The notes under the pieces were generated by a model. The model saw only the letters and a program-made list of their open reading frames with translations. It was not told the DNA's origin and made no database searches. A stretch of DNA of 64,000 nucleotides, taken from positions 1,056,001-1,120,000 of the forward strand of contig CAVRVY010000003.1 in NCBI GenBank assembly GCA_963724765.1. The letters run 5' to 3'. Positions 23,491 to 32,116 of the stretch are shown here, piece by piece. The stretch's first letter is position 1, and the number at the start of each line of letters is the position of its first letter. Origin of the DNA: an uncultured delta proteobacterium. Its GTDB lineage: Bacteria; Desulfobacterota; Binatia; Binatales; Binataceae. A program made the translations under genes and the position numbers.

Positions 23491-23576
23491 CGCTAACCAG
23501 AATAGCGAGGCTGCACGCGGCGCGGCAACCGTTGCGCGCGATAACCGGCGGCGTCGGCCCGAGCCATTTCGCGCCG

Positions 23577-24314
23577 TCACTTCGCGTCGTGAAAAATGAT
23601 CCCGAGGGTTAGGCGGCGGCCGTGACGCACCCGGCTCACCCCGTGGCGCATCGTCACCCGATAGTGCCCGCGGCTGCCGGCGATCGGCCGCTCGCTGGTC
23701 GCGAACAGGATCGCCTCGCCCTGCTGCAGTGCGACGGCTTCGCCGCGGCTCTGCGCGCGCGGCCGGTTCTCGACCAGCAGAAATTCGCCGCCGCTGAAAT
23801 CGATCCCGTCGCGGCTGAGCAGGCAGGTGAGCTGGATGGGAAAGGCGACTTCGCCATAGAGGTCCTGGTGCAGACAGTTGTAACCGCCCGCCTCGTAACG
23901 GAGCAGCAGCGGCGTCGGCTTGGTCTGGCCGGCGCGCCGGCAAATCTCCAGGAAGCGCTCTAGTTGCGCCGGATAGGTCTCGTCAAGTCCCATCGCGCGA
24001 CGCCATCGGTTGGCGATCGGTGCGAGATGCGGATAAATCGCCGCGCGCATCGCGGCAACCAGCGGCGGCAGCGGCGGCGCGAAATACTGGTACTCGCCCA
24101 CGCCGAAGCGCACCCGTTCCATCACGACCCGCGAACGAAAGCGCTCGCGCTCGTCGTACATCGCCGAAAGCTCGGAGCACTGCGGGGGCGCGAGCAGGGC
24201 GGGAATCGTCGCGTAACCGCGCTCGTCGAGCGATCGCGCGATCGCGGTCCACTCCAGCGCCGCCAGCCGCCGCTCGAATTCGGCCGTCAGCGCCGGGGGC
24301 GCCGCGCCGGTCAT
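23577..24314 (-). CDS. 2OG-Fe(II) oxygenase (DUF2086-like)
   Basis: PTPLLLRY, NCLHQDLYG (HxD), MRHGVSR, TLGIIFHDA. Confidence 0.85.
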   Translation of the reverse strand: MTGAAPPALTAEFERRLAALEWTAIARSLDERGYATIPALLAPPQCSELSAMYDERERFRSRVVMERVRFGVGEYQYFAPPLPPLVAAMRAAIYPHLAPIANRWRRAMGLDETYPAQLERFLEICRRAGQTKPTPLLLRYEAGGYNCLHQDLYGEVAFPIQLTCLLSRDGIDFSGGEFLLVENRPRAQSRGEAVALQQGEAILFATSERPIAGSRGHYRVTMRHGVSRVRHGRRLTLGIIFHDAK

Positions 24315-24500
24315 TTTCGATGGGAGTTTTGTTCTCACGAAGTCCGCGTCTACTGCTGCCCGTCCGACCATAATATAAGCTTCAACCCCGTGCCCGCGCC
24401 GGCGTGAATCCGATTCGTCGGGTTATGACCCGGGTCCTGACAAGATCAATACAGCCCTGATATCCTAAGTGGCCGCGCCGAAGAGTGAGAGAGTTATAGG

Positions 24501-25844
24501 GTGGACGAATCCGCACAGCACGACGCTTCGCCGCCGCGCGTCTTTATCGAGACCTACGGCTGCCAGATGAACGTCGCCGATTCCGAGTTGGTCGGCGGGG
24601 TGCTGCGCCGCGCCGGCTACGCCGCCGCCGCCCGTCCCGAAGACGCCGACGTCATCCTGCTCAACACCTGCGCGATTCGCGAGCATGCCGAGGAGCGCGT
24701 GCTGCGACGCCTGAGCGAGCTTGCGCGGTTCAAGCGTGCCCGCCCGGAACTGCGGCTGGGATTGCTGGGATGCATGGCGCAACACAATCGCGCCGCGCTG
24801 GTCGAGAAAGCGCCGTGGCTCGACCTGGTCGCCGGGCCTGACAGCTACCGCCGCCTGCCGGAACTGCTCGGCCGCTCCCGGCTCGACCCGGCGCGGAAGG
24901 CGGCCAAAATCGACGTGCGCCTGGACCGCGCCGAGACTTACGCCGAAATCGCACCCGCGCACGGGGCCGGCGTGCGCGCGTTCGTCACCGCGATGCGCGG
25001 ATGCGATCGGTTCTGCGCATTTTGCGTGGTGCCGTATGTGCGCGGACGCGAGCGCAGCGTGCCGCCCGAGGCGATCCTGGCCGACATCCGCGGCCTCGCC
25101 GCGCGCGGCGCGCGGGAAATCGTGCTGCTGGGACAGACGGTCAACGCCTACCGCCACGGCGACACCGACTTTGGCCGCCTGCTGCACCTGGTCGCGGAGG
25201 TCGACGGAGTCGAGCGCATACGCTTCACCTCGCCCCATCCGTCGGACATGAGCAACTCGGTTATCGAGGCGATGGCGACCGAGCCGAAAATACAGCCGTC
25301 GCTTCATCTGCCGGTACAGTCAGGATCGGACCGGATACTGGCCGCGATGGAACGCGGATACACCGTGGACGAGTACCTTGGCCTGGTCGAGCGGATGCGC
25401 GCGGCGATACCGGCGATCGCGCTCTCGACCGACATCATCGTCGGCTTCCATGGCGAGGAAGAGGCGGATTTTCGCGCCACGCTCGAGTTAATGGCGGCGC
25501 TGCGCTACGACTCGGCCTTCAGCTTCAAGTATTCGTTGCGCGAGAACACGCGCGCGTTCAAGCTCGGCGACACGGTCAGCGAAGAGGAGAAGGGTCGGCG
25601 GCTGGCCGAGGTGATCGCGCTACAGGAACGCGTATCGGCGGAGCGCAACCGCGCGCTCGCCGGACAGCGTTTCGCGGTGCTGGTCGAGGGCCGTGCGCGC
25701 CGTGGCGGCGGGATGCTGGCCGGGAAGACGCCGCAATTCAAGACCGCGGTGTTTCCCGCCGCCGATTCGATAAGCCCCGGCGATATCGTGACGGTGCGCG
25801 TGGACTCCGCAACCGCGCATACGTTGCACTGCGCGCTGGTTTAG
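24501..25844 (+). CDS. miaB: tRNA-2-methylthio-N6-dimethylallyladenosine synthase
   Basis: TYGCQMN, NTCAIRE, radical SAM CDRFCAFC, RFTSPHP, C-terminal TRAM domain. Confidence 0.93.
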   Translation: MDESAQHDASPPRVFIETYGCQMNVADSELVGGVLRRAGYAAAARPEDADVILLNTCAIREHAEERVLRRLSELARFKRARPELRLGLLGCMAQHNRAALVEKAPWLDLVAGPDSYRRLPELLGRSRLDPARKAAKIDVRLDRAETYAEIAPAHGAGVRAFVTAMRGCDRFCAFCVVPYVRGRERSVPPEAILADIRGLAARGAREIVLLGQTVNAYRHGDTDFGRLLHLVAEVDGVERIRFTSPHPSDMSNSVIEAMATEPKIQPSLHLPVQSGSDRILAAMERGYTVDEYLGLVERMRAAIPAIALSTDIIVGFHGEEEADFRATLELMAALRYDSAFSFKYSLRENTRAFKLGDTVSEEEKGRRLAEVIALQERVSAERNRALAGQRFAVLVEGRARRGGGMLAGKTPQFKTAVFPAADSISPGDIVTVRVDSATAHTLHCALV

Positions 25845-26011
25845 CCCCGCCTTCCAGGCCAGCGCTGACTCAGGGGCTGAACGAAATGATGAGTTGGTCA
25901 AGCGGGAGGGCCCTGGTCACCGCCTGCCACCGATCAGCAATAGCGATAGAACTCCCAAAAGGAAGCTGATGTTGCGAGCCGGCGCTGAAATCATGCGCTA
26001 CCCGAGCATTC

Positions 26012-26782
26012 TCAAATGAGCGATCTTCCCTGGGCGCCGTCCACCGGCAGGCACGCGCCCGTGATCCAGCTTGCCCGCGGCGATGCGAGGCATACCACCG
26101 CGTAGGCAACCTCCTCCGGACGGCCGAGCCGGCCGGCCGGGAATTCGTGGCTAAGGAAGTCCTTCTCGAACGCTGGATTGGCCTTGAAAGCCTTCTCCCA
26201 GGTGCCGCCGGGGTAAAGGATCGATCCCGGCGCGACCGTGTTGACCCGGATTCCCTTGGGCGCCAATTCGCGCGAGAGCATCTTGGTGAACGAGATCATC
26301 GCCGCCTTGGAAGCGTTGTAGGTCAGCGGGCCGCCCGCTTCGCGGCCATAAATCGAACTGATGTTGATGATCGCGCTGCTGCCCCGCTGCTCCATCAGCG
26401 GCGCGCACAGTCGCGCAAGCCGCACCGCCGAGAAAAAGTTAAGCTCGAAGGCCGCCTGCCACGCCGCCTCGTCGAGGTCCTTAAGCGCACCCATCCGCGC
26501 GCCGCCCGCGTTGTTGATTAGCACGTCGACCCCGCCCGTCCGCCTGGCCACGCCCTCGACCCATCGCTGGGCCGCCGCCGGATCGGCCACGTCGACCGCC
26601 TCGGCATCGACCTCGTATCCCTTGGCGCGCAACTCGGCTGCCGTCTTCTCCAGCGCTTCGGCCCCGCGCGCACAGAGGCTCAGCCGCGCACCCTCGGCGC
26701 CTAACGCCTCGGCCATCGCCCGCCCCAATCCCCGGCTGGCGCCGGTTATCATCACGACCTTGTTTCCGAGACCCAAATCCAT
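26012..26782 (-). CDS. Short-chain dehydrogenase/reductase
   Basis: TGASRGLG, NNAG, YNASK. Confidence 0.9.
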   Translation of the reverse strand: MDLGLGNKVVMITGASRGLGRAMAEALGAEGARLSLCARGAEALEKTAAELRAKGYEVDAEAVDVADPAAAQRWVEGVARRTGGVDVLINNAGGARMGALKDLDEAAWQAAFELNFFSAVRLARLCAPLMEQRGSSAIINISSIYGREAGGPLTYNASKAAMISFTKMLSRELAPKGIRVNTVAPGSILYPGGTWEKAFKANPAFEKDFLSHEFPAGRLGRPEEVAYAVVCLASPRASWITGACLPVDGAQGRSLI

Positions 26783-27001
26783 CGCTTATCCTCCTTTTGC
26801 GCTTATGATCCCGGGCGTCCCTTGCCGAGCGTCCATTGATGCCAGGCGTGCCTGGTGTCGTCCCGCCCGGACGCCCCGGCGTTGGCGCGGCCATGCGCGT
26901 TTCCCTACGTTTGGGGGTATCATCTAGCAAAGCGGCCGGTGCTTTACACATGCTGGCCGATGGGCGACACGGGATGCTCCCAATCGGGCCGAAATCGTGG
27001 G

Positions 27002-27030
27002 TTGACAGGCCCAAGGGGCGGACCTAAGCT
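27002..27030 (+). promoter_or_regulatory. Sigma70-type promoter of rpsU
   Basis: TTGACA (27002-07), 17-nt spacer, TAAGCT (27025-30). Confidence 0.7.
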
Positions 27031-27064
27031 CCAAGGTCTTGATTTGAAAGGCAACTGGAGGTCT

Positions 27065-27262
27065 ATGGAAATCAGGGTTGAAGGCTCTCTTGACCAGGCG
27101 ATGCGGGTGCTCAAGCGCAAGCTCGCCAAGGAGGGAGTGTTCAAGGAAATGAAGAAGCGGGCTTTTTACGAGAAGCCCAGTGTCCGCCGCAAGCGCAAGC
27201 GCTCCGAAGCTCAACGCCGCCGCCGCAAAGAACAGCGCCGCCGTCGCGCCTCCGCTCTCTAA
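27065..27262 (+). CDS. rpsU: 30S ribosomal protein S21
   Basis: MEIRVEGSLDQAMRVLKRK..FYEKPSVRRKRK; GGAGG SD. Confidence 0.95.
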   Translation: MEIRVEGSLDQAMRVLKRKLAKEGVFKEMKKRAFYEKPSVRRKRKRSEAQRRRRKEQRRRRASAL

Positions 27263-27465
27263 GCGCTCAACCGACCAGCGTTATCCCGCGTGCCGTCGGC
27301 TTCACAAAGTCTGACGCCGCGCGCTGCTGCGTCGCCACTGATGCAGACCGCCGATAATCGCTTCGGCCGAAGACTCAGGCCGATAGGCCCTGCAGAGCGC
27401 TCAGCGTTTTTTTCACGCGGAGTATTTAGTGATTCCATAGAATTTGTCGAATTTTACGTTCTCAC

Positions 27466-29157
27466 TCAATTTGGGGGCGGCGGCGTGCTTTGATCGAGAT
27501 CATCGGCTGCCTTAAACTCCCGGCTTGCCTGCGCATCTTGACCAGTCCTTAAGAGAGCTATGCCCAAGTAGTGGTGGGCGGTCGCGAAGTTGGGGTTGAG
27601 CCGGATGGCTTCCCTGCACTCGGCGATTGCGGCAAAGTACTGACCTTTATGGATAAGGATGTTGCACAAGGTAGAGTGGGCCATGGCGGAGTAGGGGACG
27701 AGACTGATGGTGTCCCTGTATTCGGCGATTGCAGCACCGTACTGGCCCTTCCCGGCAAGAGCGGTACCAAGATCAGAATGGGCCATGGCGGCCACGGCTG
27801 GGTCGGGTTTGAGGCCGAGGGCCTCTCTGCACTCGGTGATCGCGGCATCGTACTGACCCTTCTTGTAAAGGGCACCGCCCAACTTATAGTGGGCAAGAGC
27901 CCAGTTGGGTTTGAGCCGGATGGCCTGTTGGTATTCGACGATTCTGGCATCGTGCTGGCCCTCGTGGTCAAGGGAAGTACCTAAGTTAAAATGCGCCTCG
28001 GCTAGGTGCGGGTCGAGCCGGATGGCCTCTCTGCACTCGGCGATCGCGGCCTCGTACTGACCCTTCTCGTCGAGGGCAGCGCAAAGAGCGGAGTGGGCCA
28101 CGGCGAGCTCAGGTTTGAGCCGGAGTGCCTCCTTGGACTCGGTGATCGATGCATCGTACTGGTCCATTTTCCCGAAGGTATTAGCCAGGTTAAGGTGGGC
28201 CTCGACTAGATTGGGTTTGAGCCGGATGGCCTTCTGGTCTTCGGCGATTGCGGCATCGTAATTGCCTTTTTGCGTAAGAGCGATACCTAGATTAAGGTGG
28301 GCGACGGCCAGATCGGAGTTAAGCCGGAGGGCCTCCTTGAACTCAACAATTCCTTGGTTTGCGTTTCCAGACAAAAGAAGATAGTTGCCGCGTAGGAAAT
28401 GCATCGCCGACCGACTCGAAGCGGACTCTGGCAGCTTGGGCGACTTAAGAAGGTCACCAAGGACCTGCGCTGCTTTGTCATAGGACTGGCGCTGGGCCAG
28501 GACAAGAGCCAACATAGTTTCCGCGAATAGGGTAACCTCATCGGGAAGTATCAGCTGATCAAGATTGGCAAGTTGATCGTTCTGGAATTTTCCAAGACTA
28601 AGTTCAGACGCGGGGCTTACCACTGTCAGCCAAGGTTCTTGAGTGTGTTCCACAACGAAGGGCCTCAAAACAAAAGAAGCTCGAAGCCAATGGCCAATTT
28701 TGAGCGCTTCAGCTTGCTGAGCATCATCATCCGGGGGCAGCGGCCGCTCGATCAGGCGTACCTTCACGAGTCTTCGCAACTGCTCGCTGTTGCTGCTTTT
28801 GATCTCAAGACGTAAAGCATTTTCGTAGGCGGTTTGTTGTTCGCGATTTTCTTGGTCGGGTACTTCGGCCACCAGTATTCCGATTTCGCCCCGGGCGAAG
28901 GCATACGGCAGACCCACGTATCTATAAGTTAGCCATGCGAGCGGCGCTAGAGTTATGACGCTCACTAAGTACGCTGCAAAATAAACTCCTACCCAGCGGC
29001 GGAGGGATCCAGACCAGCCAGGAGTCCATAAGTAGTTCGCGTACCGCCATGCCACTATTGCTGAAATTCCGAGCACGAGGATCAGAAACAAATATGGATA
29101 TTCAAAAAAGAGGCCGCCAAACGTAGCCATCAACTCGATTAGATCTTTCAAGACCAA
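27466..29157 (-). CDS. Membrane-anchored tetratricopeptide-repeat protein (~9 TPRs)
   Basis: Two N-terminal hydrophobic helices, then 34-aa repeats A.AH..LG.AL..KGQYD.AI.E.REA.RL.P. Visibly lower GC than the flanks. Confidence 0.85.
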   Translation of the reverse strand: MVLKDLIELMATFGGLFFEYPYLFLILVLGISAIVAWRYANYLWTPGWSGSLRRWVGVYFAAYLVSVITLAPLAWLTYRYVGLPYAFARGEIGILVAEVPDQENREQQTAYENALRLEIKSSNSEQLRRLVKVRLIERPLPPDDDAQQAEALKIGHWLRASFVLRPFVVEHTQEPWLTVVSPASELSLGKFQNDQLANLDQLILPDEVTLFAETMLALVLAQRQSYDKAAQVLGDLLKSPKLPESASSRSAMHFLRGNYLLLSGNANQGIVEFKEALRLNSDLAVAHLNLGIALTQKGNYDAAIAEDQKAIRLKPNLVEAHLNLANTFGKMDQYDASITESKEALRLKPELAVAHSALCAALDEKGQYEAAIAECREAIRLDPHLAEAHFNLGTSLDHEGQHDARIVEYQQAIRLKPNWALAHYKLGGALYKKGQYDAAITECREALGLKPDPAVAAMAHSDLGTALAGKGQYGAAIAEYRDTISLVPYSAMAHSTLCNILIHKGQYFAAIAECREAIRLNPNFATAHHYLGIALLRTGQDAQASREFKAADDLDQSTPPPPN

Positions 29158-29161
29158 TTGG

Positions 29162-29536
29162 TCACCTTTTTAAAGCAATAACTGCCGTCCCTGCGAACGG
29201 CGGTCGGGGGCTGCCGCTACGCACAGGTCCAGCATAGCCAGTCCTCCGATCATGTGCCGTCCAACAGGCCGCGACGGTCCAGGTCGCCAAACTGAGCCAC
29301 AGACCCGGCCTGTTGCCACAAAGCTTGCCAAGGCGAACCGCCATGTCTGCGGTACTGACGGACTCGCCGGCCAGCACGTGATGTAGGGTCTGGCGGCTCA
29401 CCCCAAGCAGCGTCGCGATCTCCCCGATCGTCCGTCGCGTGCGAAGTTCCGGCATGACGGTGTGCGCAAAGATCACCCCCGGATGAGTCGGGGGCCGCGT
29501 GATCTTACTGCGATCAACGATATACTCCTCGCTCAT
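29162..29536 (-). pseudogene. HigA/VapI-family antitoxin, C-terminus apparently degenerate, no cognate toxin adjacent
   Basis: PPTHPG..A.LLGVSRQTL...TADMAVRLGKLCGN.PGLWL. The expected Q..YDL tail is missing. Confidence 0.65.
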
Positions 29537-29800
29537 GATTAACTGGTCTCCCTAGGCGGAAAATCGATCACAAGCCCTTACGACGATCCCGTGTGGAGAT
29601 TGCACTCTGCCACGATCGTATGAGCTAACTGCCTGATCCTCTCCTGAGCCTTGGTGGCGGGGCGCCATAAGTGCTTGGAGGTGTAGGTGCCTCCGGTCTC
29701 GCCAGCCTCGTAAATGTGATCGCGAGGCCCGGAGCTCGGGCCGCAAACCGTCGCGCTGCGGTTCCTGTGGACAACCGTGATCAGCGTCCCAATAGATTTC

Positions 29801-29829
29801 TTGAACGACGCCAAGACCGACTATAGTAT
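29801..29829 (+). promoter_or_regulatory. Putative sigma70 promoter for a small RNA
   Basis: TTGAAC (29801-06), 17 nt, TAGTAT (29824-29); an overlapping TATAGT lies at 29822-27. Confidence 0.5.
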
Positions 29830-29992
29830 CAGTCGCGTTCGCAAGGAGGCTGCAGCGAATAGCCGAGGCTAAGGTGGACAAGGGCACCCCCCTGCCACTG
29901 TCCAATAAGTGCCGTGAGCAAACGCTGCCCGGAACGCGATTGGGGAACACAGAGCCTCGAAGACCTGGTCGAAAGCGGCCGGGTCTTTTTTT
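29830..29992 (+). ncRNA. Candidate unclassified structured small RNA
   Basis: Nested helices 29830-40/29932-42, 29852-57/29923-28, 29860-63/29868-71, 29875-80/29899-904. Bounded by a promoter and an intrinsic terminator; no credible ORF. Confidence 0.55.
29961..29992 (+). terminator. Intrinsic terminator
   Basis: AGACCTGGTC-GAAAGC-GGCCGGGTCT stem followed by a T-run. Confidence 0.75.
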
Positions 29993-30133
29993 ACTCATCA
30001 TCTGTTCCGCAGGGAACCGATTCGTACGTTTGTTCCTGTCTTAGATTTACCTTAACGGCTCAAAGCACTACAAAGTAAGCGAGCGCGTGTTTCGAGGCAC
30101 TGGTCAGGGGGGGGCTTTCGCGACCAAAGGCTC

Positions 30134-30171
30134 AGGAAGGCTGGAGCCATTTGGGGCCAGCCTTCCTTTTT
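30134..30171 (+). terminator. Second intrinsic terminator
   Basis: Perfect 11-bp stem AGGAAGGCTGG / CCAGCCTTCCT followed by TTTT. Confidence 0.7.
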
Positions 30172-30394
30172 CGATCGCGCCCAGGTCGCGCGACGGTCAG
30201 GAACCGCATCGCCCTGCAGCCGCTGCCCACGCCGCGCGCCGCGGCCGTCGGGCACCATTCGGAGCGACTTCGTGCGAACGGGCGCCCCAAGCGGGCTCTG
30301 GCGCGATTTCACTGCCCACCAGAGTGCCCACTCCCAGATCCCCACGGGCCGATCTGTCGTAACCTCGGCCCGAAAAACCCTTTGATTTTGCTAG

Positions 30395-30946
30395 CTAAGT
30401 GACGCTAGGTAACCTGTCACGACATGGTTTCCAAGTGAAGATGACCTGGCCGCGCGCCACGTAACAATCGAGTTCGTAGTGGGCGAGGCCGAGCGCCGCG
30501 CGGCCCATCCTGAAACCTCCGATCACGTGCCGCAGCATTGCGGGCAGGCCCTGCGGCTCCTCGGCGTTGTCGGCAGTCTCTGCATACGGATTGGCGTTGA
30601 GTTTGGCGCTCAGCTCCACCGCGACGCATCCGTCATCCCGATGATGCCCGAGCGCATCGGCGCCCGTCTCCAGCGCCGCGCATCCCAGGCACAGCACTAC
30701 CTGGTCGCCCGATTCCCCGGCCCAATCAAGGTCGTCGCCCAGGCCTGCGAGCGTCGTCGCGCATTCGTCCCATCGCTCGTGGGCGCGTTCGGTCGAATAG
30801 CGGCGGATGGCCCGTGCGATATGGCTCAGCGCGTCCTCGCCCGCGTCCGGCCCCAGCGTGAAGACGCCGTCCTCATCGATACACAGTCCACCGGCAGCCT
30901 GTGCGCCGAATTTTTCGGCGAGGAATTCGCCCAGGTTAATCGGCAA
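30395..30946 (-). CDS. Hypothetical acidic protein (start uncertain)
   Basis: Open frame with plausible GC3 bias and composition; no recognisable motif. Confidence 0.35.
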   Translation of the reverse strand: MPINLGEFLAEKFGAQAAGGLCIDEDGVFTLGPDAGEDALSHIARAIRRYSTERAHERWDECATTLAGLGDDLDWAGESGDQVVLCLGCAALETGADALGHHRDDGCVAVELSAKLNANPYAETADNAEEPQGLPAMLRHVIGGFRMGRAALGLAHYELDCYVARGQVIFTWKPCRDRLPSVT

Positions 30947-31285
30947 AGCGCATTTGAGATTTAGCGGTGGCGAGTCGGAGAGCAGATGGCGGGTCGAGTT
31001 ACGAAGTTTGGCGGGGCGGGCGCGGCGATTGAGGAGCCGCTCGCGGCCCGGTGGATCGATGAAGGCTGGCCGCAGGAAGCCGCAAGGAACGCCTTCGATG
31101 AATCGTGAGATGTGTGCCTCTCTACGTCCCAAGGGTCCGATCCGCAAGGTACCAACCTCCTATGACTGTAGCGCCGCAAGCCCTGGCTTCAACGGCGGCC
31201 AACACGCGTACGGAGGCCGGGCGCAGCGCAGCCGCGGCCGTTCTTCGAGCCACCACAGCGTCGCGCACAAGGTCGCGGCTAATGC

Positions 31286-31306
31286 TGTGGATAATCTTGT
31301 TGATAA
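31286..31306. promoter_or_regulatory. Tandem DnaA-box-like 9-mers
   Basis: TGTGGATAA (31286-94, perfect consensus) and TGTTGATAA (31298-306, one mismatch), 3 nt apart. Confidence 0.5.
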
Positions 31307-32116
31307 TGTCGTGTAAAGTGAGATCGAAAATGTGACCAATGATTTCGCGGATCGAGCGCCGTGCCGACCGGTCATCCCGTGGGCCCGTAGCCGATGGCTC
31401 CGGGCCGGCAATGGCGCGCGGCCTCCGGGATTACTCCCGGATGGAACCGCGGGGTCCGATAGTGGAAAAGCGACGACTTCGTCTCGCGTCATGCGACGAG
31501 GCCCTTTTCATCATCACCACCAGCCCGCTCGATCCCAACCGCCTCCGCCCGTCCACTTCCCTCACCCTTGCCGAGCGGCGACTCGTGGTACCCTATCGCG
31601 ACCCTGGCCAACCGGCGCCTCGCGTGCGCTTTGTTCGTCAGGGCCGTGCGTTACTACAGGCTGTACGGCGACATCATCGTCAAATTTGCGCCGGACAGGA
31701 AACTGTTTAGCGCGCGAACGTGCGATGGGCAACGAGGTAGTGAAAAATCGATCTGTGATCCCAACCTTGACATTGAGCAACGCGCGTGAGCCGTCTCACC
31801 GCGGCCGGCCAAGGCTGTGGGCCACGTATATGAGGGCAGCTAATGGATATCCGGTCCCGCGCGCGCAACCTCCGTTCGCCGCAGCCGCGGCATCGAAGGT
31901 CCAGCGCCTTAAGCGGGGACGGCGTTTGTCACCTATGCGGCGCTGACTGCGACACTCTATAATGCGAGCGCCGCGTCGTGTGTCGTGGCAGCCCTGATGT
32001 CGCGTGAATTAACAGAACGAATCCATCGCGGCTCGCGCGCTGACCGACCGGCTCTTACGCGCCTGAATTTTTTTCGTGGCGGTCGAGCCTGAAGGGGGTT
32101 CGAGAAGCGCTCGGGG

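Noticed and set aside
25870-26009. Short minus-strand ORFs after the SDR gene (MISAPARNISFLLGVLSLLLIGGRR*)
   Set aside because: No SD or other support; more likely a decayed gene fragment.
27500-28400. Periodic DNA repeats as a CRISPR array
   Set aside because: They are 102-bp in-frame coding repeats of TPR units; no unique spacers or cas genes.
29873-29913. HDV-like ribozyme fold
   Set aside because: P1/P2-like pairings exist, but no P3, P1.1 or J4/2 catalytic C arrangement could be built.
29904-29960. AATAAGTGCC after a pseudoknot, resembling the tmRNA resume-codon context
   Set aside because: No tRNA-like domain, and the frame does not encode an ...AA* degradation tag.
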